From Candidatus Aminicenantes bacterium (GTDB lineage Bacteria; Acidobacteriota; Aminicenantia; Aminicenantales; Aminicenantaceae), in NCBI GenBank assembly GCA_011772475.1, contig WVZK01000044.1, positions 14,727-78,726 of the forward strand: DNA of 64,000 nt, given 5' to 3'. Of this stretch, positions 9,278 to 19,154 are shown piece after piece (the first letter of the stretch is position 1; the number at the start of each line of letters is the position of its first letter). The translations under genes and the position numbers were made by a program. The notes below the pieces were generated by a model. It saw only the letters and a program-made list of their open reading frames with translations, was not told where the DNA came from and did not search any database.

Positions 9278-9571
9278 TTATCTTTTGCCGACGGCTTTGA
9301 CCTTTGAATCAATTGTCGCCTCTTTGTCTAAACGGTGGTCAATCTTGAGGTCAATATGAATTCTTTTTGCTCCCATTCTTGCCATAGTTTCATGGCACTT
9401 CTCTATAACTTCAAGCAGAGTTTCCATATCTGGTGCCTCAATGGTCGTCGACATGCCTCCTGTCTCATGATACAGGCCCGAGTCTTCGATAACTCTTATG
9501 GCTTCTTTGACAAAGCGGCTTACGGATACCCCTTCACTCGTAGGAAATATTGACAGTTCAGCAATGATCAT
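9278..9571 (-). CDS. MTH1187/YkoF-family (UPF0045) thiamine-binding-like protein
   Basis: 97 aa. MIIAELSIFPTSEG...SRFVKEAIRVIEDSGLYHETGGMSTTIEAP...CHETMARMGAKRIHIDLKIDHR is the characteristic family pattern. Confidence 0.75.
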   Translation of the reverse strand: MIIAELSIFPTSEGVSVSRFVKEAIRVIEDSGLYHETGGMSTTIEAPDMETLLEVIEKCHETMARMGAKRIHIDLKIDHRLDKEATIDSKVKAVGKR

Positions 9572-9785
9572 GGCTTTTTGAAAATTGCTCCTTAATTATG
9601 CTTGTTCGTTTTTTAGCGCAAGAATTATAAATGCTTTGTTTCGATCCAATACAGAGAGCCTAAATTATACCTTGAAGCATGAGAGTTTTCAATGTCATGG
9701 ATGGCAAAAACTTGATTTTGATACTATAAGGCTGGGCAAGCTCGTCTGCGACCTTCTCAGGCCATTTTTATAAATATCTTATGAG

Positions 9786-9815
9786 TTGACATGTCTATTA
9801 TTTTTTTTATAGAAT
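9786..9815 (+). promoter_or_regulatory. candidate sigma-70 promoter of the 9-gene respiratory operon
   Basis: TTGACA (9786-9791) is followed, after 16-18 nt, by TATAGAAT (9808-9815). It lies in a very AT-rich 400-bp intergenic region with a duplicated AAAATAATAGAA (about 9907 and 9939). Confidence 0.4.
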
Positions 9816-9974
9816 TCTTTATTAAATGTTTACTATTCCAATCAATATTATATTTATTTTGAGTTAAGATTTCTATTCTATATTTTAAAATATTTTTTTT
9901 ATAGTAAAATAATAGAAAAAACGTACTAAAAAAATTAAAATAATAGAATTGAGAGCTAAACTCTTGGAAGAATA

Positions 9975-10508
9975 ATGAAAATACTCAGAAATATAAATGT
10001 TCCTTTTTCTAGAAATCAAATTTTAGCCATTTTGGGGGGCATCCTCGTCGTTGTTGTGATTTTGATCTTCATTTTTGGAGCTGTTTGGGGAGGCGTTAAG
10101 CAGCCCATTTCTTTTAATCATAAAATTCATGCGGAGAATGATTTGGATTGCTTGGATTGTCATCCCTATTTTAATGAACATGCTTCATCAGGGAGACCGA
10201 GTCTAGAGACATGCATGAGCTGCCATGAGGAACCTCAAGGTGAAAGCTTGGCTGAAAAAAAGCTTTTAGAATATATAAAATCTGGGAATGAGATTGACTG
10301 GCAAAGACTTTATCGGGTTCCTGAAGATGTTTATTTTTCCCATAGGAGGCATGTAGTTTTAGGGCAAATTGATTGTATGACTTGTCATGGAAATATCGGC
10401 GAAAGTCCCAAGCCGCCTTCAGAGCCTTTAAAAATAACTATGAAGAAATGCATGAAATGTCATGAAGAAAAAGAGGCTAGTAACGATTGTATTGCCTGTC
10501 ATAGATAG
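9975..10508 (+). CDS. membrane-anchored pentaheme cytochrome c (ActA / c3-c7 family-like)
   Basis: 177 aa with an N-terminal TM helix (ILAILGGILVVVVILIFIFGAVWG). Five CXXCH motifs: CLDCH, CMSCH, CMTCH, CMKCH, CIACH. FNHKIH...CLDCH is a typical c7/ActA-type start. Confidence 0.8.
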   Translation: MKILRNINVPFSRNQILAILGGILVVVVILIFIFGAVWGGVKQPISFNHKIHAENDLDCLDCHPYFNEHASSGRPSLETCMSCHEEPQGESLAEKKLLEYIKSGNEIDWQRLYRVPEDVYFSHRRHVVLGQIDCMTCHGNIGESPKPPSEPLKITMKKCMKCHEEKEASNDCIACHR

Positions 10509-10556
10509 AAGTGATTTGAATATATTCTTACCGAAAACTCCAAAAAGGACGAATAA

Positions 10557-13016
10557 ATGGGCTTAAAAAGAAGAGATTTCCTTAAAATAATCGGAGGATC
10601 AGCTCTTAGCTTTTCTCTCTATGATTGTTCTACTAAGAATTATCTTTCTCCGATAAGAGAAAAGGAATGGAGCCCCAAGGTTGAAGAATGGATTCAATCT
10701 GTTTGTTTCGCTTGCCCTGGAGGCTGTGGGATATTGGGCAGAGTGGTTGATGGCAAGCTCGTAAAAATTGAAGGGAACCCCGCTCATCCTATTAATCGAG
10801 GGAAACTCTGTCCTGTAGGCCAGGCAAGCCTTCAGGTTCTTTACAGTCCTGATAGAATCAAAGGGCCTATGAAAAAAATCGGAGGAAAAGATTCTAGCAA
10901 ATGGCAGAGCATTAGTTGGGAAGAGGCTATGGAGACCTTGGTTTCAAAGCTCAAAGAATTAAGGAACGCTGGAGACTCTCATAAATTAGTTTTGTTGAAT
11001 GGGGGAAATAGAGGAATTCTCAGTGAAATTTTTGATAGATTCATGAAAGTTTTTGGCTCTCCCAATCATTTCCGCTATGATTTTTATAATAGTCTTACCC
11101 AGGCCTATTATCTTACTCAAGGGATTGATGAATTATTAGCTTATGATTTTGAAAACAGCAACTATATTCTTTCTTTTGGCAGCAGTTTCTTAACCTCTTG
11201 GCCCTCACCTGTTCAATCTATGAGAGCGTATGCTTTTTTAAGGCAGGGAAGGCCAGGGAAAAAAGCAAAGATCGCTCAGATCGAGCCTAGGTTTTCGATA
11301 GCTGCTTGTCGAGCGGATAAGTGGATCCCTATCGAACCCGGCACAGAGGGGCTGCTGGCATTAGGAATCGCCTATGTTCTCATCAAAGAAAGGCTCTACG
11401 ATAGAAATTTTATCGAGAAATTTACCTTTGGTTTTGAAGATTGGGAAGATGAAGATGGAAATAGCCATTACGGATACAAGAACTTAGTATCGGAAAGATA
11501 TCGATTAGATTTTGTTTCAGAAACCACTGGAGTTTCAGTTGATGATATTGTTACTCTTGCCAAAGATTTTGCTATGAATAAGCCTGCCATAGCCATTTTA
11601 GACCATAATGCCACTAATTATTCTAATGGATTGTATAATGCATTGGCCATTCATTCATTAAACGCTCTGATCGGAAGCATCGATGTGCCAGGAGGAGTTT
11701 TAGTTCAGAGAAAAGTGCCTCTTCAAGAATTACCCAAGATATCTGTAGATGAGGCTACAAAGATGAATCTTTCTCAGCCAGCAATTGATAGCCCTGAAGA
11801 AGGCCAATTCCCCCTGGCCACTTCGACTCCTTCCCTGATTCCAGAAAACATTCTTAAGGGAAAGCCATATCCTGTGAATTTAGCTTTCATCTGCAAAGCC
11901 AATCCCTTATTCTCATCCCCGAATTCAGAGAAATACCGAAAAGCCTTTGAGAAGATTCCTTTTATTGTAAGCTTTTCTTCTTTCATGGATGAGAGCACTC
12001 TGTATGCTGACCTTGTTCTTCCGGATAAAACCTATCTTGAAAAATGGCAGTATGCAGAAAGTTCCCCTGTTTCAAAAACTCCAGCCATTGGCATCGGGAA
12101 GCCCATTGTAGAGAATTTATTTAATGCGAAGCCTACCGAAGATGTTATTTTAGAGGCGGCTCAAAGGATGGGATCATCTTTTGCGAGTCATTTTCCTTGG
12201 AAAAATTCTAAGGATTTTCTCCTTTACAAGATTGATACTCTTTTTCGAGCTCGCAAAGGTATTATCTTCTCTGATCCTTTTGAAGAAACTCAGTTAAAGC
12301 TTTTGGAAGAGCGTGGTTGGTGGGTTCCTCAATTCACTTCAGCCAGCGAATTTAAGGCAGAATTAATGCAAAAAGGAGGATGGTGGGATCCGGCTTATAG
12401 CTTTGGCCAAAGGAGCTTTGTATTCAGGACTCCATCAAGAAAGTTTGAATTTTATTCTCAATTATTTGTAAAAAGGATTGAAAAAATTGCAGAACAAATA
12501 GGAGAGAATAGAGAGGATAAGAAGGATGTTATTTTTAATCAACTAAATTTTGAATCCAGAGGAGACGATTTTTTCATGGCTCATTATGAAAAGCCGCAAT
12601 TTGAGGGCGATAAGAAGGAATTTCCTCTGTATTTGTATATATATCAACCTTTTAGTTTAACCAATGAATATGAAGCTAACCAACCTTGGTTTCAGGAAAT
12701 TATGGGATTTCACCTTAACATGAACTGGGATTCATGGGCTGAGATTAATCCCCATACAGCTTCTGAATTAGGAATCGCAGATAATGATTTAATTTGGATT
12801 GAGTCTGTTCATGGAAAAGTTAGAGTTAAGGCAAAGATTTATTCCGGAGCCATGCCTGATGTGGTAAGTGTCCCTTTTGGATTGGGACATAGAGCTCTTG
12901 GCCAATGGGCCAAAAATAGAGGAATCAATCCTATTGATCTTATAGGAGCAAACTTTGATCAGCTGACGGGCTTAGCTATGAAATTATCAACGCGAGTAAA
13001 AATCTATAGAGCCTAG
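10557..13016 (+). CDS. Tat-exported molybdopterin-oxidoreductase-family large subunit (PsrA/ActB1/QrcB-like)
   Basis: 819 aa. Twin-arginine signal MGLKRRDFLKIIGGSALSF. N-terminal 4Fe-4S motif CFAC-PGG-C-x27-C. Whether it binds Mo/W cannot be decided by eye. Confidence 0.8.
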   Translation: MGLKRRDFLKIIGGSALSFSLYDCSTKNYLSPIREKEWSPKVEEWIQSVCFACPGGCGILGRVVDGKLVKIEGNPAHPINRGKLCPVGQASLQVLYSPDRIKGPMKKIGGKDSSKWQSISWEEAMETLVSKLKELRNAGDSHKLVLLNGGNRGILSEIFDRFMKVFGSPNHFRYDFYNSLTQAYYLTQGIDELLAYDFENSNYILSFGSSFLTSWPSPVQSMRAYAFLRQGRPGKKAKIAQIEPRFSIAACRADKWIPIEPGTEGLLALGIAYVLIKERLYDRNFIEKFTFGFEDWEDEDGNSHYGYKNLVSERYRLDFVSETTGVSVDDIVTLAKDFAMNKPAIAILDHNATNYSNGLYNALAIHSLNALIGSIDVPGGVLVQRKVPLQELPKISVDEATKMNLSQPAIDSPEEGQFPLATSTPSLIPENILKGKPYPVNLAFICKANPLFSSPNSEKYRKAFEKIPFIVSFSSFMDESTLYADLVLPDKTYLEKWQYAESSPVSKTPAIGIGKPIVENLFNAKPTEDVILEAAQRMGSSFASHFPWKNSKDFLLYKIDTLFRARKGIIFSDPFEETQLKLLEERGWWVPQFTSASEFKAELMQKGGWWDPAYSFGQRSFVFRTPSRKFEFYSQLFVKRIEKIAEQIGENREDKKDVIFNQLNFESRGDDFFMAHYEKPQFEGDKKEFPLYLYIYQPFSLTNEYEANQPWFQEIMGFHLNMNWDSWAEINPHTASELGIADNDLIWIESVHGKVRVKAKIYSGAMPDVVSVPFGLGHRALGQWAKNRGINPIDLIGANFDQLTGLAMKLSTRVKIYRA

Positions 13017-13030
13017 AAAAGGAGAAAGAA

Positions 13031-13723
13031 ATGCCTCGATGGGGAATGGTTATTGATTTAGATAGGTGTACTGCATGTCAAGCGTGCGTTGTGGCATGTA
13101 AAGCTGAGAATAATATTCCCTTTTCTTCACCCAAAGAAGCTGGAAGAAGAAGAATTATCTCCTGGATGCGTGTATTACCAATGATGGAGGGAGAATATCC
13201 TAACCTTAGAGAAAGGTTTATTCCCAGGCCATGTATGCATTGCGATAATCCTCCTTGCGTAAAAGTCTGTCCCGTTGGTGCTACTTATAAGAATAAAGAA
13301 GGATTAATTGCCCAAGTCTATACCCAATGTATAGGCTGTCGCTATTGTACCAATAACTGTCCTTATACTCTAAAGTACTTTAATTGGTTTAGACCCGAAT
13401 GGCCGGAGGAAATGGAAAATTATCTAAACCCAGATGTCTCGATTCGAAGCAAGGGTGTGGTCGAGAAATGCACTTTCTGTCATCATCGCCTCCAAAAAGC
13501 CAGAGAAAAAGCTCGGGCAGAAAACAGAGAGCTTAAGGAAGAAGATTATATCCCTGCTTGTGTTCAGACATGTCCCACTGATGCCATCTATTTTGGAGAT
13601 TTGGATGATTCTAAAAGCAAAGTGGCCCAGTTGGCAAGAAGTCCTCGAGCCTTTCGTCTTTTAGAAGAATTAGGAACAGAACCCAAGGTCTACTATCTCT
13701 CTGAAGGAGAATGGCATGGATAA
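13031..13723 (+). CDS. four-cluster 4Fe-4S ferredoxin subunit (PsrB/NrfC/ActB2/QrcC-like)
   Basis: 230 aa. Cys groups are CTACQACVVAC, CMHCDNPPCVKVC, CIGCRYCTNNC and CTFCHHR...CVQTC. It has no signal peptide, consistent with hitch-hiking on the Tat subunit. Confidence 0.88.
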   Translation: MPRWGMVIDLDRCTACQACVVACKAENNIPFSSPKEAGRRRIISWMRVLPMMEGEYPNLRERFIPRPCMHCDNPPCVKVCPVGATYKNKEGLIAQVYTQCIGCRYCTNNCPYTLKYFNWFRPEWPEEMENYLNPDVSIRSKGVVEKCTFCHHRLQKAREKARAENRELKEEDYIPACVQTCPTDAIYFGDLDDSKSKVAQLARSPRAFRLLEELGTEPKVYYLSEGEWHG

Positions 13724-15086
13724 AGATACATTAGATGAGCATTTTGTTGATGAGGTTGCGCATGAAGATGCTCCCATTCTCAAGCCTATCCTCTACACGA
13801 GCAAGAGATTTTATACAGTCGTTTTTATTCTTGTGGTCATTATCCTAATTGGCGTTCTCGCTTGGATATTCCAGCTTAGAAAGGGACTGGGAATCACAGG
13901 ACTAAATCAGCCAATATTTTGGGGATTTTACATAACTAACTTTGTCTTTTTTATCGGAATTAGCCATGCTGGGACATTGATTTCGGCTATTCTTCGTTTG
14001 GCTCGAGCGGAATGGAGAAGAGCCATCACTCGCTCAGCTGAAGTTATAACAGTTCTAGTCCTCTTTTTTGGGGTTTTCAACATCATTACTGATTTGGGTC
14101 AGCCTGGTCGGATGTTTAAAGTCTTTACCGATGGCAAGCTGAGTTCTCCGTTGCTTTGGGATGTTTTAAGTATATCGCTTTATTTAGCAGCGAGCGCCAT
14201 CTATCTTTATTTGCCTCTTATTCCAGACATTGCCTTGATGAGAGATAAATTTAAAAGTAAAACTAAAAGACTTTTTTACAGGATACTGGCTTTAAACTGG
14301 AAAGGAACAGAAAAACAATGGGCGATACTGGAAAAAGCCATTTCTATAATGGCCGTGGTCGTTATCCCTGTTGCAGTTTCCGTTCATACGGTTGTTTCTT
14401 ATGTTTTTGCCATGACCATTCAGCCTATGTGGCACAGCACAATTTTTGGCCCCTATTTCGTCACCGGAGCAATTTTCTCTGGCATTGCTGCCTTGATCAT
14501 TGCCATGTATTTTATCCGGCGAAGCTATCATCTTGAAGATTATTTAAAGCCTATTCATTTTAACAATTTAGGTTTATTGCTTCTGGTAATGAGTCTCTTG
14601 TGGTTTTATTTCACTTTTACCGAGAATCTGACAGCTTTTTATGGGGCCGAGCCTGCTCATCTGACCGTTTTTTGGAGCAAATTCATTGGAGGATATGCCC
14701 CATATTTTTGGACTATGGTGGGAAGCTGTTTTGTCATTCCTCTCGTTATTTTATCTAACAGAAGAACAAGGACTGTAACAGGCACGACGATAGCTTCGGT
14801 ATCAGTAATTATAGGGATGTGGCTGGAGAGATTCACGATAGTTTTGCCAACTTTAATAAATCCCAGACTCCCTTATGAAAAAGGAATGTACCATCCGACA
14901 TGGATCGAATTTGCTGTTACTGCAGGATGCTTTGCTACCTTTATTTTACTCTATGTATTATTTACAAAATTTTTCCCTATAGTTTCTATATGGGAAGTGA
15001 AAGAAGGCAAAGAGATAGGCGTGAAAGAGACTGAGGAACGCATTAAAAGTTATCTTCCTGGGAAAGAAAAAGAAAATTTGAAATGA
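13716..15086 (+). CDS. NrfD/PsrC/ActC-family integral membrane quinone-interacting subunit
   Basis: 456 aa and polytopic (about 10 predicted helices). The start overlaps the FeS gene by 8 nt. IFWGFYITNFVFFIGISHAGTLISAILRL is typical of the NrfD family. Confidence 0.85.
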   Translation: MDKDTLDEHFVDEVAHEDAPILKPILYTSKRFYTVVFILVVIILIGVLAWIFQLRKGLGITGLNQPIFWGFYITNFVFFIGISHAGTLISAILRLARAEWRRAITRSAEVITVLVLFFGVFNIITDLGQPGRMFKVFTDGKLSSPLLWDVLSISLYLAASAIYLYLPLIPDIALMRDKFKSKTKRLFYRILALNWKGTEKQWAILEKAISIMAVVVIPVAVSVHTVVSYVFAMTIQPMWHSTIFGPYFVTGAIFSGIAALIIAMYFIRRSYHLEDYLKPIHFNNLGLLLLVMSLLWFYFTFTENLTAFYGAEPAHLTVFWSKFIGGYAPYFWTMVGSCFVIPLVILSNRRTRTVTGTTIASVSVIIGMWLERFTIVLPTLINPRLPYEKGMYHPTWIEFAVTAGCFATFILLYVLFTKFFPIVSIWEVKEGKEIGVKETEERIKSYLPGKEKENLK

Positions 15087-15125
15087 AATATTAATATTTG
15101 CATCTAGAAGAAGAAGGAAAGAGAG

Positions 15126-16709
15126 ATGAATGAATCGATTAAAAAAACGAAAAATATTTATTTTATCTTAGGCATAATTTTCACTACTGGCGTTTTGATT
15201 TCCTTGTTCGCTGCTGAAGAAAATAAGAGCTTTACTTTTCCAGAAGATCCTTTGAAAGGAAGTAAGCTTTTTGTCAGCAAAGGTTGTATAAAATGCCATT
15301 CTATATGGGGAATCGGAGATACTCTTGGTCCTGATCTTGCCGACATGAGTAGAGAACAAAATCTTCTCCAGTTAGCTGGATTACTGTGGAGCCACTCTCC
15401 TAAAATGATAGAAATCATGCATGAGAGAGGAGTTTCTCGTCCCCTCTTTACTCCTCAAGAAATGGGCGATTTAATGGGCTATATTTATTATTTCAATTAT
15501 TTTGGTCGACCCGGTAATTTTATAGAAGGGGAAAAGCTGTTTCAGGAAAAGGGTTGTACAAGCTGCCATTCAGTAGGCGAGAATGGAGGCAAAACTAAGA
15601 TTTCCTTGGATGATTATGGGAAGTACATTTCTCCTTCGTTTTTAGTGACTGGTCTTTGGAATCATAGCCCTGAGATACTTTCTGAAATAAGAAGATTAGG
15701 TATAGAACAACCTGAATTCCATGGTCAGGAATTGGCTCATCTGCTGGCTTATATGCGAGGCGCAGCTCTAAATGAGGATGGAGACATCACCTATGCAGAA
15801 CCAGGAAGCCCGAAAAGAGGAAAAGATATCTTCATACAAAAAAAATGCAATGTGTGCCATGCTGTTTTCGGCGAAGGAGGAAGACGAGGGTCTGATTTGG
15901 GAAAAAGAGAGCTGCGGCTGACTCTCACTGAGATTTCAGGAAAAATATGGAGCCATTCTGGTCAAATGTGGCAGGAAATGAAGAGGATTGGCATTCCTTT
16001 TCCGATTTTTTCGCCTAAAGAAATGGCCGACCTCATTTCTTTTCTCTACTTCATTCAGTTTTATGAGGAGAAGGGAGATCCAGTAGAGGGAAAAAAACTT
16101 TTTAGAGAGAAAGTTTGTATTTTTTGTCATGCCCTAGAGGGGGAAGGAGAAAACGTTGGCCCTGATCTTACCAAGAGCGAGGCCCATTTTTCGCCAATTT
16201 TTTTGGCCTCTTCAATGTGGAATCATGCGATCGTAATGGAAGATATGCTGGCCGAGAAAGATCTGGGATGGCCACGCTTTTCTGGAAACGAGATGCGGGA
16301 TCTTGTTAGCTATGTTCAAGAAGCTTCCGAAAGATCTAAGGAAGAACGAATGAAAAGGCCTATCGTTCCTTCAAAACCAAAAGTTCTTTTTCTTTCTGAA
16401 AATAGGTTTGACCTTGAACTTGCCAGGAGCGGAAAAAAGATTTATATAGCGAAGGCATGTAATGCTTGCCACAACATCACTGGGAAAAAGCGTGCCATGG
16501 GTGGAGACCTCAAAGACATCACTAAAATAAGAGATTTGCAATGGCTTTTTAATTTTATTAAAAACCCAAAATCGATGCTTAAAACAGATGATCTAGCAAA
16601 GCAACTTCTTCAAGAATTCAACAATATCCCCATGCCACAACAGGGTTTGACCGATGAAGAAGTCATTGCCATTATCGAATATTTAAAGTCTCCTGAAAAA
16701 ATAGAATAG
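15126..16709 (+). CDS. membrane-anchored cytochrome c with five tandem class-I monoheme domains
   Basis: 527 aa with an N-terminal TM helix. There are five repeats of the G-x-x-[LI]F-x-x-K-x-C-x-x-CH pattern: CIKCH, CTSCH, CNVCH, CIFCH, CNACH. Confidence 0.8.
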   Translation: MNESIKKTKNIYFILGIIFTTGVLISLFAAEENKSFTFPEDPLKGSKLFVSKGCIKCHSIWGIGDTLGPDLADMSREQNLLQLAGLLWSHSPKMIEIMHERGVSRPLFTPQEMGDLMGYIYYFNYFGRPGNFIEGEKLFQEKGCTSCHSVGENGGKTKISLDDYGKYISPSFLVTGLWNHSPEILSEIRRLGIEQPEFHGQELAHLLAYMRGAALNEDGDITYAEPGSPKRGKDIFIQKKCNVCHAVFGEGGRRGSDLGKRELRLTLTEISGKIWSHSGQMWQEMKRIGIPFPIFSPKEMADLISFLYFIQFYEEKGDPVEGKKLFREKVCIFCHALEGEGENVGPDLTKSEAHFSPIFLASSMWNHAIVMEDMLAEKDLGWPRFSGNEMRDLVSYVQEASERSKEERMKRPIVPSKPKVLFLSENRFDLELARSGKKIYIAKACNACHNITGKKRAMGGDLKDITKIRDLQWLFNFIKNPKSMLKTDDLAKQLLQEFNNIPMPQQGLTDEEVIAIIEYLKSPEKIE

Positions 16710-16743
16710 ATTCTTGAATTGAAAGAAAACTACGGGCATAAAA

Positions 16744-18672
16744 ATGAAGTATAAAGTGTGGGTGCCAGATTTATTATGGTATAGAACAAATATTTTATGT
16801 ATGGAAGCCTGCCCTGTTCATACTGATTCTGGAAGATATGTTCAACTCATCGGGATAGGAGAAGATCAAGAGGCCTATTTAGTCGCACGGTCCTCCAACC
16901 CTTTTGCCTCTGTTTGTGGTCGGATATGCGCTGCTCCTTGTGAAGACGCCTGCCGAAGAGGAAAAATCAATGAATCTATTACAATTAGGTCTTTGAAAAA
17001 ATTTGTTACGGAAAAATATGGTGTTGAATCTAAGATAGCCCATACTCAAGAGCTGCTTACAGAAGGAAAGAAAATTCCACAAGGATCTGTGTGGCCTCTC
17101 CATGTGTCTTCTGTGATTAAGAGAGAAACATCTAAGACAAGGAAAAAAGTCGCTGTCGTCGGAGGAGGGCCTTCGGGATTAGCTTGTGCCCATGATTTGG
17201 CCTTGAGAGGCTATCAAGTAACCATATTTGAAGCCTCTAATATGCTGGGCGGAATGCCGAGAACAGCTATTCCAGAGTACAGATTGCCAAAAGATATTTT
17301 GAGAAAAGAGGCAGAATTTGTGCTTTCTTTAGGAGTTGAAGTCAGATTTAATACGCCTCTCAGTGAAAATTTCGGCCTTGATGAATTGAAGAAGCTGGGT
17401 TTCGAAGCATTTTATATTTCTGTGGGAGCCCAGCAGAGTCGAGAACCTAATATTGAAGGCACAGAGTTGGAAGGTGTTTTTAATGCCACTGATTACCTTT
17501 TGAATATAAACCAAGGTTATAAAATAGAATTAGGAAGAAGGACGGTTATCATCGGAGGAGGTCTAGTGGCTCTAGATTCGGCTCGAACCGCGTTGAGAGA
17601 AGTTCTGGCTCACCTTTCTGATTCGGAAGAAGCAAAGCTAGCTATCGATATATCTGCAGAGGCTGGAATGATGATGACTGCGATTGATGTTGCTCGAACA
17701 GCCTTGAGAAGAGGAACACTTAAGGTTGATGTGGCTAGCCTTGAGTCATTTGAAGAGATGCCGGCTACCCAAAGCACTCAAGGAAAAGAAGAATTTGAAG
17801 AATCTGTTAGAGAAGGAATTACTTTCCATCCCTCCCGAGGTCCAAAGCGAATTATTGGCGAGGGCGGACAAGTCAAAGCTGTTGAGTTTCTCAAAGTCAA
17901 AAGAGTTTTTGATGAGAAAGGGCGATTTAATCCTGAGCTTGAGCCGAAAACAGAAGAGATCATTGAAGCCGATTCTGTAATCCTGGCTATAGGTCAAAGG
18001 CCTGATCTTACATTTATTAGACCAAAAGATGGGGTAGAAATAACGCCCCAGGGGACGATCAAGGTGGATCCTCATACTCTGGCCACGACTCGAGAAGAGG
18101 TATTTGCAGGAGGAGATGCAGCTTTTGGGGCGAGAATCCTTATCGAGGGAGTGGCTAATGGGAAAGTGGCTGCCCACTCAATTGACAATTATTTGCGTAA
18201 AAAGAGAGGCACAGAGAAAATGTGTTCTGTCTCTATAAAGGTTCTATCACACCAAGATTATAAGAAGCCTGAAGAATATGAGATTAGGGAGAGAAAGACA
18301 CCTGATAAAATTTCTCTGGAACACCGAACAGGAGCAAATGAAGTGGAACTCTCTTTTGAAGAAAAAGAAGCTCGATCACAGGCACAGCGCTGTTTGATTT
18401 GCCATATTAACACTATTTATGACTCTGAGCTATGTATTCTTTGCGGCGCCTGTGTTGATCACTGTCCAAACAACTGCTTAAAGCTTGTTCCCTTCTCTGA
18501 GATTGAACTTGAACAAAGAGAAATCATAGAAAAGAAAATAAAAAATAAGAAAAGAAAATCATTAACGGCAATGATCAAAGATGAGATAGTTTGTATACGC
18601 TGCGGCATTTGTGCCGACGTATGTCCTACTAGAGCCATGACCATGGAAAGATTTTCTTTTAGGGAGATGTAG
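16744..18672 (+). CDS. GltD-like NAD(P)H-dependent FAD oxidoreductase with N-terminal FeS Cys motifs and a C-terminal 2x[4Fe-4S] ferredoxin domain
   Basis: 642 aa. CMEACPVH...NPFASVCGRICAAPCEDACRRG is the glutamate-synthase small-subunit type. Dinucleotide folds are KKVAVVGGGPSGLACAHDLALRG and RTVIIGGGLVALDSA. C-terminus carries CLICH...CILCGACVDHCP and CIRCGICADVCP. Confidence 0.82.
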   Translation: MKYKVWVPDLLWYRTNILCMEACPVHTDSGRYVQLIGIGEDQEAYLVARSSNPFASVCGRICAAPCEDACRRGKINESITIRSLKKFVTEKYGVESKIAHTQELLTEGKKIPQGSVWPLHVSSVIKRETSKTRKKVAVVGGGPSGLACAHDLALRGYQVTIFEASNMLGGMPRTAIPEYRLPKDILRKEAEFVLSLGVEVRFNTPLSENFGLDELKKLGFEAFYISVGAQQSREPNIEGTELEGVFNATDYLLNINQGYKIELGRRTVIIGGGLVALDSARTALREVLAHLSDSEEAKLAIDISAEAGMMMTAIDVARTALRRGTLKVDVASLESFEEMPATQSTQGKEEFEESVREGITFHPSRGPKRIIGEGGQVKAVEFLKVKRVFDEKGRFNPELEPKTEEIIEADSVILAIGQRPDLTFIRPKDGVEITPQGTIKVDPHTLATTREEVFAGGDAAFGARILIEGVANGKVAAHSIDNYLRKKRGTEKMCSVSIKVLSHQDYKKPEEYEIRERKTPDKISLEHRTGANEVELSFEEKEARSQAQRCLICHINTIYDSELCILCGACVDHCPNNCLKLVPFSEIELEQREIIEKKIKNKKRKSLTAMIKDEIVCIRCGICADVCPTRAMTMERFSFREM

Positions 18673-18677
18673 TTTCA

Positions 18678-19142
18678 GTGAAAGAAAATGAAAGAAAAAT
18701 AACTAGAAGATTCTTTTTTGGAGTCTTAGGCAAAACATCAATTATCGTGGCTTTACTGGCAGAAGCAATAGGAGCAATTAAAGCTTTTATTCCTAAGGTC
18801 CTCTATGAACCGCCTTCTAAATTTAAAATTGGCAAACCAGAAGACATCCCAGAAGGAATAACTTTTCTTCCACAACATAGATTATACATTTTTAGAAATA
18901 ATGATGACTTTCATGCAATTTCAGCTGTGTGCACTCATCTGAAATGCATCGTCGATTGGAAACCAGATCAAAGGGAATTTTACTGCCCCTGTCATGGAAG
19001 TATATTTTCTCAAGCTGGGATTAATCTAACAGGACCTGCTCCAAAGCCTCTTCCATGGTATCCTTTATCCCTTGCTCCTGATGGTAACTTGGTTATAGAT
19101 TCAAGCAAACAAGTCAAGCCAGATTATAAGTATTCCCTTTAA
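18678..19142 (+). CDS. Rieske [2Fe-2S] protein
   Basis: 154 aa, GTG start. Tat-like anchor TRRFFFGVLGKTSIIVALLA. Rieske boxes CTHLKC and CPCHGS. Confidence 0.9.
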   Translation: MKENERKITRRFFFGVLGKTSIIVALLAEAIGAIKAFIPKVLYEPPSKFKIGKPEDIPEGITFLPQHRLYIFRNNDDFHAISAVCTHLKCIVDWKPDQREFYCPCHGSIFSQAGINLTGPAPKPLPWYPLSLAPDGNLVIDSSKQVKPDYKYSL

Positions 19143-19154
19143 AGAGAGATATAT

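Noticed and set aside
10557-13016. Selenocysteine in the molybdopterin-family subunit
   Set aside because: The ORF is uninterrupted, with no in-frame TGA, so there is no evidence for Sec.
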